Positions 14,728 through 26,778 of a stretch of DNA of 64,000 bases are shown in pieces (within the stretch, counting starts at the first letter, position 1; each line of letters opens with the position of its first letter). Below the pieces are notes generated by a model. The model was given only the letters and a program-made list of their open reading frames with translations, made no database searches and was not told the origin of the DNA. Source of the DNA: Octopus sinensis (Eukaryota); NCBI RefSeq assembly GCF_006345805.1, contig NC_043000.1:58838001-58902000 (forward strand), read 5' to 3'. The position numbers were made by a program, and so were the translations under genes.

Positions 14728-15029
14728 TATGTTACAAACTTTTATTATTAATATATTTTTTTTTTTAAATACACAATTTCATTTTCACTTTCTGATTATG
14801 TTTTGTGACTAGGTAAGGAACGAGTCATTAATTTTGTATATTTCTCTTCAAAAACCAGACCAATAGCTTCTCTTAATTGCTATTGTTTAATCCAAAGTCA
14901 TACCTTATGGAACAAGCCAATGCACATTAGTAGTTAGTCAAACTAATGCATCCATTGTTTCAAATATATCATACCTCCACTTTAACCCCAAGCCTGACTT
15001 GTTTGAAGAGACTAATGATATTCTGGCAG

Positions 15030-15670
15030 GCCCTATCAGTTAATTTCCTGAACTTCTAAAAGATCTATCAGTCAACTTTGTAAACTTCTAAAGGATTTTC
15101 AACAACATCCATGAAGAATCAGTATGTAAAGTCACCTGAATTTATGGCATCATCCAATAGTACCTCAACAACATCAAGAATCCGTATGTCGTGTGAAGGC
15201 AGATGTTAGCCATATTGAAAACTTTAGCATCATTAACTAGCGGCCATCAGGACTGCATCCTCTTGCTCCGTCTGTTCTTGTTGATAATATTGCACTACTA
15301 GTGGAAACAAGAGCAGAGGTGCAAGAATTACCAAACTTAAAAAAAAAAAAAGCAGAAAAGATCAGGATCAGAATTAAGTGATACAGATTAATTCCACAAC
15401 TCAATCATCCATCTTCATCAGAACAGCAGGTTGTGGAATACTCGATGTCACATGATGAGATTGAATTACAAATGAGGAAATCCTTATGCAAAGTCCTAGC
15501 TACTGCAAAACATCATAGTGCTGCATAAATTTTACTGACCGGTGACATTTTGTACCTACTAACTATCCTGGATATAAAGACTATAATGACATGGGCATTG
15601 AAAGCAAGAAAATGAAACAAAGAGCTGGCCTAAAAACACCTGGCACCAAACATTCCAAGACCTCAAATTT
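15030..15670 (+). mobile_element. Old, internally deleted RTE LINE reverse-transcriptase/3' fragment
   Basis: Decayed motifs in order: VNFVNF*RIFNNIHEES (~FVDFKKAFDSI), SGHQDCIL..PSV (~GVxQGCILAP), LVDNIALLVET..EVQEL (~FADDIAL), then WPKNTWHQT (~GRPKxTW). Confidence 0.7.
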
Positions 15671-18062
15671 AAGAGAACCAGTCTCCTGTAATTTCAGTGA
15701 AGGGTCCTACCTATTTACACCAGGGCAGTTCACAGTCTCTTGAACTCTCTCCCCAAAATTCTTTTCATCTCTGCCCTACAGTACTTGTTGGCCAATAGAG
15801 TTATCCTCATATTTAGACTTGGATGGAACTAATAACCCAGTTTAGGCTATGTTCCTAAGCAAACTAACGGTCAGTCTCAAGAACACCATTGATCACTGCC
15901 AGCTCTGAATAGCACTTGCAACCCACTCTAGGAAGTCCTGAACAAGTGGACTCCAAACCTAGCCAGATAAAATGACTGACTGTGCAAGACCTTTGTGCTA
16001 CAGCTCTTGACAACCAGCATGGACAAGATTAGGTGTTGAGCTCCTCCTGGTTCACTCACGATTACTGAGGGAATCCTGGTTGTTTTCTTTTCTTCTGTTT
16101 AGTGATATGCTTATGGAGTGAAAAGAACCAGGTTGGCAAAGCTGGCTTCTTATAAGTTAAAAAGAGTAGATGAGAGCACAGATTCTTATCATGGACCATT
16201 TTAGATGTCTTGCTTCTGTACTCTACATAGAGGTAGTTGGCTATCATTTTAAATCGTTTCATATAGAAGTGTTTTTATGTTTGGTTTATGTGTGGGATGT
16301 GAGGAATAAAGTTAAATGTGTTGCCAATATTGAAGGAAGATAGAAAGGTACACTGAATCCACATTACCAGCTAGAAAGCAGAATTAGTGTTGTGAAGAAT
16401 GATTTCTTGTGGTGTTTTGGTGTTTTTCTTTTTGTTTTTTTTTTTTGTTTTTTGTAAGGTTCAGAGGTTTTGTTAGGTTTGTTAGATTTTAGGATTGTTA
16501 ATGACTCATTTTTATTTTATTTTTTTCAAAACTGTCAAAAAGAGCAAAATCAAATAATTATGCAAACAGTCAAGGATTAGACTGTAATGTAGTATAAAAG
16601 CAAACTAACTTATTTGGCAAAAATACATAACCCATGGTGAAAATAAATATCCTAAAACAAACATTATACACTATTCACCAAGGGTTTCACTGAAAAATAG
16701 ATAAATCAATCAACATTTCTTATAAGAAATGTTGTTGTTGTACTCATAAATATTTTTTTCTTGAAGAGAATATAATTTCACTGAGGATTTAAAAAAAATA
16801 TTATATAAGATATACTATTTTGTAACAAGATTAGAATTATATCCAGATCATGTCAGTGACTTGCTTTGTTTTGTTTCTTGTTTGTTGTTTTTCTTTCTTT
16901 GTTACACACTTAGAATTTGCTTCTGTAACTTTAATATTTATAATTAGTTTACAATTATAAATTGCATTTAAATATTCATATCAGCACACTGCTGATTGAC
17001 ATTTCATAAAATAAAAATATCCTCCATACTAGAATACTTTTCACACAAACATTTTGCTTTTTAAATTTCTCACTTCCTCTTTTTATCATTTTCTTTTTAT
17101 TTGCACTTCTGAAGTCAAATTTACAACACATGTTAGTATCTTAACAACACAGTCAACTACTACTCAACCAACTAAACTCAAGAAGCTACTTGAGAAAGCA
17201 ATTGGCTGGGTAACCAAAAGAGTTAATGAGTTGTTGGTAGAAGGTAACTGTAAGTATGGGTTGAACCATGAAAGTCTTGGGAATTAGTGAAAGCCAGCAT
17301 TAAAAGAAGTGTGACGAACTAGCTCAATATATAAAAACAGAAATATGATGGTGGTTGTGATGATATACATACATGTAATATATCAACTCACAAATACAGG
17401 TTGCATTAAAATATGACTAATGATTGTTGAAGGCACAGAAATGGCTTTGTGGTTAAGAAGTTTGCTTTCTAAACACATGATTTTTGGTTCAATCTCCACT
17501 GAACAGCAACTGTCTTCTACTACAGCCAGGCGCCAAACAAATCCTTGTAATTAGATTTGGTAACAAAAACTGAAAGACGCTTGTGTGAGAGTAAAAAGTT
17601 CACTTCACAACAACATGGGATTGTAACAGGTCCCACTATGCAAAGCTATGTGAGTAAAAATTTGGGGACAGGTATTCAATGGAAACTTATTGGAGGGATT
17701 GTTACTATCCTTAATTAGTAGATGTCATCTGCTTTAACACCGTCACCTAATCCTTGGGTGCTTATAATGGAGTCCATTCCACTACAAGCATTCAAGCTAG
17801 ATCTCTAATCAGAAGGTAATTTCTTCCATTCCTTCTAACAGTCACAGAAGCCTTATAAATGGTCCTCTTTCAGTAAACCATTCAGAAATCAAAAAAAAAT
17901 CTGATATTGCAACAAAAAATCCCTGGTAAAACTGTTGACATTAATCTACAATGATAATTTGAATGTCAAATGCACTTAAACTGCATTACAAAAATGATAA
18001 AATGTTGGATAAAAATTAAGATGAATTTTGTTTTAATTGCAACAGGAATATTTCAATCTTAC

Positions 18063-18221
18063 AAGAAGAAAAATAAACACTGATAGTAAACTTCTGGCAG
18101 ATTGTGTATGAAATATATGTTTTATTTCTGGTTGTGTCATTTCACTTGACTTGTTTGTAATTTCCAGCCATGGGTGGTAGCTGATTTGTTTTTGATGAAC
18201 TACAAACAGTGAAGATGTGAC
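18063..18221 (-). CDS. Candidate internal exon of host gene: VTSSLFVVHQKQISYHPWLEITNKSSEMTQPEIKHIFHTQSARSLLSVFIFLL
   Basis: Acceptor aatgttgcag, donor CTT|gtaaga, 159 nt = 53 codons; only frame 0 is open. Confidence 0.65.
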
Positions 18222-19579
18222 CTGCAACATTATTGTTTTAAGCCATGAAAAGATTAATTTTTCAGTACTATTCAAACTGGGGAAATTTCATTAGTCTAAA
18301 AACAGAACCATTTCTTTATGACAATCATGCTTAGCTGTGTCAATATATTTTCCTCTGAAGCAGGTACCAAATCCACCCCCACACACACAGATACATGCAT
18401 ATATTCTTGTTACATCATGTTAATATGAATGCATAAACATACACATTATAGCATTACTGTAGCTGAGCAATTTGCTGAGCAGAAAATTAACAATGGGGAA
18501 AAGAGCTAGAGAACTATAAACAGAACATTAATAAACACATGATAACATCTGTCTCTTTAGAACCTGTACTTAAATCATTTGTTAAAGATTTTTAAGGAAA
18601 TAGCATTCAAGTGAATTTCTGCATAAATTAGCCTGAACACCTGAAAGAAAGAGCTTAGATGAGCATGCTTGAAGGTTATAAGACTAAGATATCATATATA
18701 GTACTATGAGCCTTGAAAGTTGGTAAGTATCAGAAAAATACTCATATTTTATAACAGAGAAAATGAATAAACGAAAATCTCAAAGAAGGCACAAGAGGTG
18801 AAGTTACAATCAGTACATTTCATGGAAGCAGCACCTGTACTGAGAAACAGCCAAAAACCAACAACTGCATTAAATCATTTAGGCAAAATGTGCTGTTTCA
18901 TCAGCAATAAAAGAGCATCTAAGGTACACTATCAGAAACATTAACAATGCAATACCACAAATTAGCCAATACTAATGGTATGGGTGTTGCACATTGTAAA
19001 TGAATAAACAGTCAGAAGATAAAAGTAGAAAAAGTAGCTAAGACAGAGAGATAAACCTACTTAGTCCATACTTGAGGAAACTTTGTAGATTATATAAAAT
19101 ACAAGATAAAGATTAACCATTTGCACCTTCTCAACAAATCTGTAGCTTTATACCTATATGAGAAATAATTATTATAATGATAATAATGATAGTAATAATA
19201 ACAAATGATATTCAACTTCACTATTAGAAATTTTCAGCAATTCAGAAAAATAGATATCTTGTTGCACTAAAAATTTTGTTATGTGAATATTTTTCTGAAA
19301 TAAAGGGAATATAAAACTTTCCTTTTGTAATGCAGATCTCACATTGAGTGATGGAAAACTTAGCCAACTGAGATCATCCAAGCAATTAGACAAATTTCCA
19401 TCAACAGAGTATCAACAATCTTCAAAACTATTCTCACTTTCATTAGACCCTTCCGAAATTAAACATTTGCCTAATGATCACTGATTTATATACAACTATT
19501 ACTATTCTGGTCCTCCTATTCCCTTTAATTTATTTTATCTTATTATATACACTCAGCTGTATATATATATATATATATT

Positions 19580-19805
19580 AATTTTTATAATTATGAGTAT
19601 AATTATAATTAGGGTTCAGCAAAATATTTGCTTCACCACATACCGAAATTTAGAAATAGCAGTTAAAACTAGCTATTTCTCTACCATAAGAAAATCCCCA
19701 GTAGAGAAATAGCTAGTTTTAACTGATATTTCTAAATTTCGGTATGTAGTGAAGCAAATTTTTTGCTGAACCCTAATTATAATTATACTCATAATTATAA
19801 AAAAT
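19580..19805. repeat. Near-perfect fold-back (105-bp arms, 16-nt spacer), probably from a PLE inverted terminal duplication
   Basis: 19580-19684 is the reverse complement of 19701-19805 with about 3 mismatches. PLE origin is inference. Confidence 0.9.
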
Positions 19806-19976
19806 TTTTGTTTAAGTTTACCGATAATGGATCTTTTAACATACCGAACTACTTGGTAAAATTATTACTTATTAATTTGTAATTATTTATATATATATAT
19901 ATCTGGATGGATGGATGGATGGATGCATGCATGCATACATACATGCATACATACATACATACATAGATACATACAA

Positions 19977-20410
19977 CTAGCTGACATACCTGGTAATTCC
20001 CAGAAAACCAGAGCGTACTCCTTGGTTCCATTCTCATAACTGTTTCGCTAATCTAATAACAACAATACAAAGTATGTAGCCCTTAAAACAGTTTTTGTGC
20101 ACTTACAGAGAATACCGAACTGTCTTACATAGGATCTTGTTTTAGGAAATCCCAATAAGTTATGAATACTCAAATCATGAAGTCAGTTACGTAATAACAT
20201 GAAATTAGTTACCCAGTAGTGAGAATTCTGAAAAGGGCTCTAATGCATTCCCAGAGTATATAGAACTTCGGAGGAAATACCAATAAGGTATGTATACCAA
20301 AGTTGTAAAACATGTTACATAATAACAGGTGAATTGGATATGAGATAATAACAATTCAAAGTAAATAACTCTGAAAAGGGCTTTTGTGCATTCCCAGAGA
20401 ATATAACCCT
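19977..20410 (-). mobile_element. Helitron-like 3' terminal fragment
   Basis: Minus strand ends CTGGGAATTACCAGG (hairpin)-TATGTCAG-CTAG|T. The 5' boundary is uncertain. Confidence 0.45.
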
Positions 20411-20424
20411 TAGGGGCGCTAGTG

Positions 20425-21059
20425 TTGGAAATATGCTGTGCTTGAGAAGACCTGGCAAGCCAAGTGAGACCATAACCCATGGCCAATACCAGTGATGTAA
20501 CCAGCCCACTTAGGCGTACCTTTCCTTCATTGGACACTAAACTCTGCTTGCGAAGACTTGTTGAGGCAAGTGAATTTGAAATCAAATTCGATGACAGCAC
20601 CGCATGTCTGGCACCCGTGCTAGTGGAGCGCTAAGAGCACAATCCGAGCATGATCGTTGCCAGGGTCACTGACTGGCCCTCGTGCTGGTGGCATGTAAAA
20701 AGCACCATTCGAGCATCATCGTTACCAGCATCGCCTTACTGGCACCTGTGCTTGTGGTACATGAAAAACAACATTCGAGCAAGGGTGTTGCCAGTGCCGC
20801 TGGACTGGCTCCTATGCAGGTGACAAATAAAAATACCATTTGTGCGTGGCCGTTGCCAGTACCGCCTGACTGGCCATCGTACCGGTGGCATGTAAAACCA
20901 CCAACTACTCTCTCGGAGCGGTTAACGTTAGGAAGGGCATCCAGCTGTAGAAACTCTGCCAGATCAGATTGGAGCAGCAATCTGGCTCACCAGTCCTCAG
21001 TCGAACCGTCCAACCCATGATAACATGGAAAGCGGATGTTAAACGATGATGATGATGAT
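20425..21059 (+). mobile_element. 5'-truncated copy of the RTE-X-like 3' UTR (family of 1-771)
   Basis: TTGGAAATATGCTGTG...GAGAAGACCTGGCA through AACCGTCCAACCCATG...(GAT)n matches 259-771. Confidence 0.85.
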
Positions 21060-21126
21060 ATAATCTACAAATGTATAATATGTATATATATAATATATAT
21101 AATATGTATATATATATAATATATAT

Positions 21127-21622
21127 GTCATATACAAAGCTTCCCTGATATAGTTCCACCTACTTTCAGCAGAGGAGGTTGGGCAGCTACTGAGGCCAAC
21201 CTTGATAGAAGCAGCAAAACATTTTCGCAGTGTAGGGTCCGAGGTTCTGGCAGTGTTAATGCATGGTCGGCCCACTTTCTTGGAGCGATGGACTTTTTTA
21301 GGCAGAATCCTCACCCTACTTCTAATTAGTGAGTGGTCTGTGTCACAATCCGCGCTGTGGTAACTGCAGGTCAATAGAGTAGAATTCAGAAAGGATCTCC
21401 GTGTAATGATGAGATCCAGCTGATGCCAGTGGTGAGATCTTGGATGTCTCCAAGATGCCTTGTGGGATGGCTTGTTGGTAAAGAATGTGTTTGTGATGCA
21501 CAGGTTATGGTATGTGCAGAATTCGAGTAGTCTCTGACCATTGTCATTCATGTTGCCAATACCAAAGTGTCCAACACAAATGGGCCACGAATCATGGTCA
21601 GATCCCACGCGAGCATTAAAAT
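21127..21622 (-). pseudogene. Inverted APE-endonuclease C-terminal half of the RTE-BovB ORF
   Basis: Minus-strand FNARVGSDHDSW...NGQRLLEFC...TNTFF...WRHPRSHHWHQLDLIITRR...DCDTDHSL...WNYIREALY. Confidence 0.92.
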
Positions 21623-23798
21623 AGATACTTTCGGCATGAGAGAAAGGCAAAACCCAGATGCTGGGCTCTCAGAGCTGGAGCCAGTTGTCGAAGCAAAGCG
21701 TGCAGCTCTGATGCAATACAAGAGTGACTCTTCTACAAAGTCACTCGAAGAACTCAGAAAGGCACGAAATAAAACCCAACTGACAGCCAGACGCTGTGCA
21801 AATAGGTATTGGCAGGAAATCTGTCAGAGTATCCAGTCAGCTGCTGACAGGGGCGACACCCGTGGGATGTATGCCAGTTTGAAGAAGGCCCTCGGTCCAT
21901 CTGCAACCAAGTCAGCCCCTCTGAAATCAACTACTGGAGATCTCATCAGGGATCAAAGCAAGCAAATGGATAGATGGGTGGAGCACTACCAGGATCTTTA
22001 CTCACGGGAGACTACAGTGGCTGAGGCTGCAGTCAAGAGTGTCAAGATCTTGCCAGTCATGTGCGAACTTGACAGTCCACCATCTATAGCAGAGCTCACC
22101 AAGAAACAAGGCTCCGGGAAAAGACGGCATCCCCTCAGAGATCATCAAAGCCGGCAAAAACACCATCCTGCTTCGGCACCTTCATGAGCTTCTGTGTCAG
22201 TGCTGGGAAGAGGGTACAGTCCCTCAGGATATGCGGGATGCTAACGTCATTACGCTTTACAAAAACAAAGGTGACTGTGGTGATTGTAACAATTACCATG
22301 GAATATCTCTTCTAAGCACTGTTGGAAAGACCTTTGCCCGCGTTATCCTGGCCAGGCTACAACTACTTGCTTCTCAAATCTATCCGGAATCACAGTGTGG
22401 CTTTAGAAGAAGCAGATCAACTATCGATATGATATTCTCTATACGCCAACTTCAGGAGAAGTCCAGAGAGCAGAAAATGCCATTATATATGGCCTTCATT
22501 GATTTAACAAAGGCCTTTGACTCGGTAAGCAGAACAGGCCTCTTCATCCTGCTCCAAAAAATCGGATGTCCACCAAAGCTGCTGAGGATCATCAAGTCTT
22601 TCCATGATGACATGCAAAGCACCATACAGCACAACGGTTCAACATCAGCCGCCTTCCAAATAAAAAACGGAGTAAAGCAAGGTTGTGTCTTCGCTCCTAC
22701 ATTGTTTGGCATCTTCTTCTCGCTCTTACTCTCACATGCCTTTCAGACATCAGATGATGGAGTGTTTCTGCACAGTAGAAGTGACAGGAAACTATTCAAT
22801 CTTTCGCGCCTGCGTGCCAAGACCAAAATCAGAAATGTCCTGATCAAGGAGATGTTATTTGCTGATGATGCCGCTCTGCCACACAGAAGAAGCCCTCCAA
22901 AGGCTCATTAACTGTTTTGAGCAAGCATGTAATGACTTTGGCTTAGCTATCAGCCTTAAGAAGACCAACATCATGGGTCAGGCTACATTGGACATCCCAA
23001 ACATACATATTGGAGACCACAGATTACAAGAGGTGGAGAAGTTTACCTATCTTGGCTCTACCATCACCTACAACCTACCCCTTGACACTGAGCTCAATAT
23101 ACGCATTGGCAAGGCAGCTGCTGCGATGGCCCAACTCTCCAAACGGGCTTGGGACAACAATAAGCTGACCAAGACCACGAAAATGAAGATCTACCAGGCA
23201 TGTGTACTTAGCACTCTACTGTATGGAAGTGAGACTTGGACGCTATACACACGCCAAGAGCGTCGCCCAAACATCTTTCACCTGCGCTGCCTCCGGAAAA
23301 TCCTCCGCATCAAATGGCAGAATCATATCCCCAACAAAGATGTCCTCAAGCAAGCAGGAATACCAAGCATGTTTGCACTCCTCACACAAAGACGTATGAG
23401 ATGGCTTGGGCATGTTAGCCGTATGAAAGATGGCAGAATCCCCAAGGACATACTCTACGGAGAGCTTGCTAGGGGTACTAGGTCTAGGGGTAGACCGTTC
23501 TTACGTCACAAGGATGTTTGCAAAAGGGACATGAAGGCCTGGAACATCAATATTAGCGGTTGGGAGGCAGTTGCCGGCAACCGTGGAGACTGGCGACGTA
23601 CCGTAAAAGAGGGAATACAAAGGAGTGACAGAGAGAGAGAGAGAGGAGAAATGGAAAGACAAGAAAAGACGTCAACAAGAAACTATGGCATTACAACCAG
23701 CCAGGAACAGTCTTCGCTACATTTGCGGTACCTGCCAGAGGGAGTGTTTGTCCAGGATAGGACTACACAGCCACAGCAGGAAATGTATCAGGACATGA
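21621..23798 (+). pseudogene. RTE-BovB linker/RT/C-terminal region with about 3 frameshifts
   Basis: ORFs 21567-22187, 22231-22911 and 22859-23896 are consecutive pieces. Breaks at ~22115 (small deletion), ~22880 and at the (GA)n run ~23630. Confidence 0.92.
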
Positions 23799-23870
23799 AA
23801 TGTAAAAGCCGGACTAGACTACTTTATGCGCAACTCCATTGTCTCCCGAGACAAAAAGGATGCCAACAAC

Positions 23871-23908
23871 ATAATATATGTACTCTGTATATATGATATG
23901 TATATAAT

Positions 23909-23954
<46 letters not shown>

Positions 23955-24017
23955 GTATATATAATATATATGATGTATATATATAATATATACTATAATA
24001 TATATACAATAATAATA

Positions 24018-24074
<57 letters not shown>

Positions 24075-24310
24075 GATGTATATATATAATATATACTATA
24101 ATATATATACAATATATAATATGCATATATATTATATATATATACATGCATGTATATATGTATATAATATATATACATATATATACATATAATCTATATA
24201 TATATTATATATATAATATATATATAATTTGTATATAATATATATATTATATAAAATATATAATAGATAATATATATGTAATATATATATATGTATATAT
24301 ATATATGTAG

Positions 24311-24384
<74 letters not shown>
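23871..24384. repeat. Degenerate (TA)n tract
   Basis: Directly visible. Confidence 0.95.
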
Positions 24385-24388
<4 letters not shown>

Positions 24389-24500
24389 CATCCAGCTGTA
24401 GAAACACTGCCAGATCAGACTGGAGCTTGGTGCAGCCTTCTGGCTTCCCAGACCCCAGTTGAACCGTCCAACCCATGCTAGCATGGAAAGCGGACGTTAA
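24385..24500 (+). mobile_element. Short 3' tail of the RTE-X-like family
   Basis: AGGGCATCCAGCTGTAGAAACACTGCCAGATCAGACTGGAG...GGACGTTAAA, closest to 633-747. Confidence 0.85.
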
Positions 24501-24509
24501 AAAAAAAAA

Positions 24510-25265
24510 GAGAAGTAACCTCTATTAAGTAATTCAATAGTGAAAGACTTTATCTATATCAAATAGAAAAATTCAAATATACTATAATATTATTCAAAAA
24601 TCACTAAATTAAATAAACATTAAATTGACTATGCATGTTTCATGACTATATCCTTAAATCAATAATAATAAAATCGATACTATTAAAATCAATTCAATTT
24701 AAAATTAATTCGATTCAAGAATATAGCCCCTCTTCAGGTCTAAGATAATAATAAAATAAACGTATGTATCTTAACATATAATAAATAAATATATAAATAT
24801 ACATATCTTAACTATAAATAATGAAGAATTCCAGTTAACTGCAATATTAAACGTTATACTTAGAACCTAGTGTTGCTAAGAAATTTATCGTTGATTAGAT
24901 ATAATAATAAACTGTGGGCTACGAAGAATACTAGAGAATATTTTGATATACCTATGGGGGCACCCGATTCTGCCCAGGTGACTGATTTAGTAGGCATTTA
25001 TTTATTATCAGAACTTCAATTACAAAAATTGAAATTTCTGTTTATTTTATGTATTTTACGTATTTTAGTTTTAATTATTGAGATTTTTGAATTTTTCCAG
25101 TAAATGGCATATTACATCTAGTTTATTTCTTATTTTCACAGCTAAAGTACATTTTTCTATCTATTTATTCTATAGTTATTATTTACATCATGTTTTTCAT
25201 GTGATAAATTTTTTAGCAATGCTAGGTTCTAAGTATAATGTTTAAAATTTCAGTTAACTGGAATT
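24510..25265. mobile_element. Penelope-like element remnant: inverted pLTR with HHR, RT fragment and 3' UTR
   Basis: Plus strand 24890-25020 encodes LWATKNTREYFDIPMGAPDSAQVTDLVGIYLLSEL, like the PLE RT motif FDVxMGxxDGAEVCELVG. 24826-24890 and 25203-25265 are inverted repeats. 25145-25210 resembles 32575-32635. Confidence 0.75.
24627..24740 (-). ncRNA. Type-I hammerhead ribozyme motif with extended helix II and damaged helix III
   Basis: GAC-CTGAAGA-[89-nt helix II with 19 contiguous pairs including 4 G-U]-GAAA-C-ATGC-ATA-GTC. Helix I is GAC/GTC; C15.2 faces A rather than G. Confidence 0.65.
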
Positions 25266-25353
25266 GCGTGAAAAATTACACAAATGTGTAGAATGATCTG
25301 GTGGGGTTCTTGGGCTTTGTATTTTTTCATAGCTCCCATGGTTACCCAGACAA

Positions 25354-26195
25354 TCTACTATAATAATACTCTTGTATTTATGAATGAGAAGGGAAGGTAT
25401 AATAGATGAATAAGGAAGGAAAGCGTGATGTAATACTTGGTAGTGGCATGATGAAAATTGTATACTGAAAAAATAAATCAAACAACATTTCAACTCTGTG
25501 CGAATATACATGTGTGTATGTAAAAGTGTGGGGCATGTGAATGTGTATGTGCGTGTGTGGGTGTGTGTGTGCACACAATGGAAGTGGGATGGTGAACAAG
25601 GGATGTTAGTTGCCGATAGATTTTTCACAAGTTTGCTAGTATAAGAATTATTAAATCTGGTTTTGCACCTTATCTACTATAATAATACTCTTGTATTTTT
25701 CCCCGTCACAACATATGAATGAGAAAAGGAGTGATAGATGAATGAAGAAGGAAGGAGTGATGGCAAACTTCGTAGTGGGATGATGGAAACTGTATGGTGG
25801 AAAAGATAAATCAAACAGCATTTCAACTCTGTGTGAGTTTGTGTGTGTATGTAAAAGGAGGTATGTGAATATTCGTGTGTGTGTGTGCACGCGCGCAATG
25901 GAAATGGGATGGTCAACATTCAATGCTGAAAAGAAACATCATACAGCGTTTCAACTCTGTGTATTTGGAATTTACTTGCCAGCTCCCGTATTTAGTAATG
26001 GTCCCATATTTAGTAATGGTCGTATTTAGTAAAGGAAAACTTTAAAATTCTTTTGAAGGAAACAAGCAGTCAAAGGATGTTAGTTGTGGATAGATTTATC
26101 ATAAAATATTTAGTAATAAAAGAATCATTAAATTATTATTTATATATAAAATACCACAATTAACCATCATTTTTGATTGCACAGGACCCAGCTAG
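25354..26195 (+). mobile_element. Non-autonomous Helitron-like element with duplicated 5' part
   Basis: A|TCTACTATAATAATACTC at 25354 and again at 25673, each followed by ~240 similar nt; ends TTGCACAGGACCCAG-CTAG|T. Confidence 0.55.
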
Positions 26196-26199
26196 TGTG

Positions 26200-26314
<115 letters not shown>

Positions 26315-26321
26315 ACATATA

Positions 26322-26740
26322 GGCGCAGGAGTGGCTGTGTGGTAAGAAGCTTGTTTACCAGCCACATGGTTCCGGGTTCAGTCCCACTACGTGGCACCTT
26401 GGGTAAATGTCTTCTACTATAGCCTCGGGCCAACCAAACCCTTGTGAGTGGATTTGGTAGACGGAAACTGAAAAAAGCCCGTCGTCAACCCGTGCTAGCG
26501 CGGAAAACAGACGTTAAACAATGATGATGATGATGTGTGTATGTTTGTGTGTCTGTGTTTGTCCCCCTAGCATTGCTTGACAACTGATGCTGGTGTCACT
26601 TAGCGGTTCAGCAAAAGAGACCGATAGAATAAGTACTGGGCTTACAAAGAATAAGTCCCAGGGTCGAGTTGCTCGATTAAAGGCAGTGCTCCAACATGGC
26701 CGCAGTCAAATGACTGAAACAAGTAAAAGAGAGTAAGAGT
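26322..26740 (+). mobile_element. tRNA-derived SINE (head, central microsatellite, tail) carrying an RTE-tail insert
   Basis: Head GGCGCAGGAGTGGCTGTGTGGTAAG...GGTTCAGTCCC (A/B-box-like); tail ...GTCAAATGACTGAAACAAGTAAAAGAG. Homologous to 28535-28942 and 54644-55252. Confidence 0.85.
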
Positions 26741-26778
26741 GTATATATGTATGTATATATATATATATATATATATAT

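Larger units (their letters stand above)
21127..23870 (+). mobile_element. RTE-BovB-type LINE, 5'-truncated, with an inverted 5' segment
   Basis: Contains RT motifs (FIDLTKAFD, GVKQGC, LFADDAAL), RRMRWLGHV, the C-terminal CxxC..SRIGLHSH..C knuckle (stop 23796-98) and a GGATGCCAACAAC tail. Endonuclease half lies on the minus strand. Flanked by (TA)n. Confidence 0.95.

Noticed and set aside
15164-15326. Apparent minus-strand exon with strong acceptor (poly-T-AAG) and AG|GTACTA donor
   Set aside because: All three frames contain stops, and the plus strand reads as decayed RTE reverse-transcriptase motifs in the right order.
15700-16330. Possible Tx1/L1-like LINE C-terminal remnant
   Set aside because: GC-richer and LINE-like in places, but too decayed to support with specific motifs.
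19817-19860. Hammerhead-like string CCGATAA-TGG...CCGAACTACTTGGTAAA
   Set aside because: Needs several substitutions and indels to give a core plus helices I and III; not callable without a family consensus.
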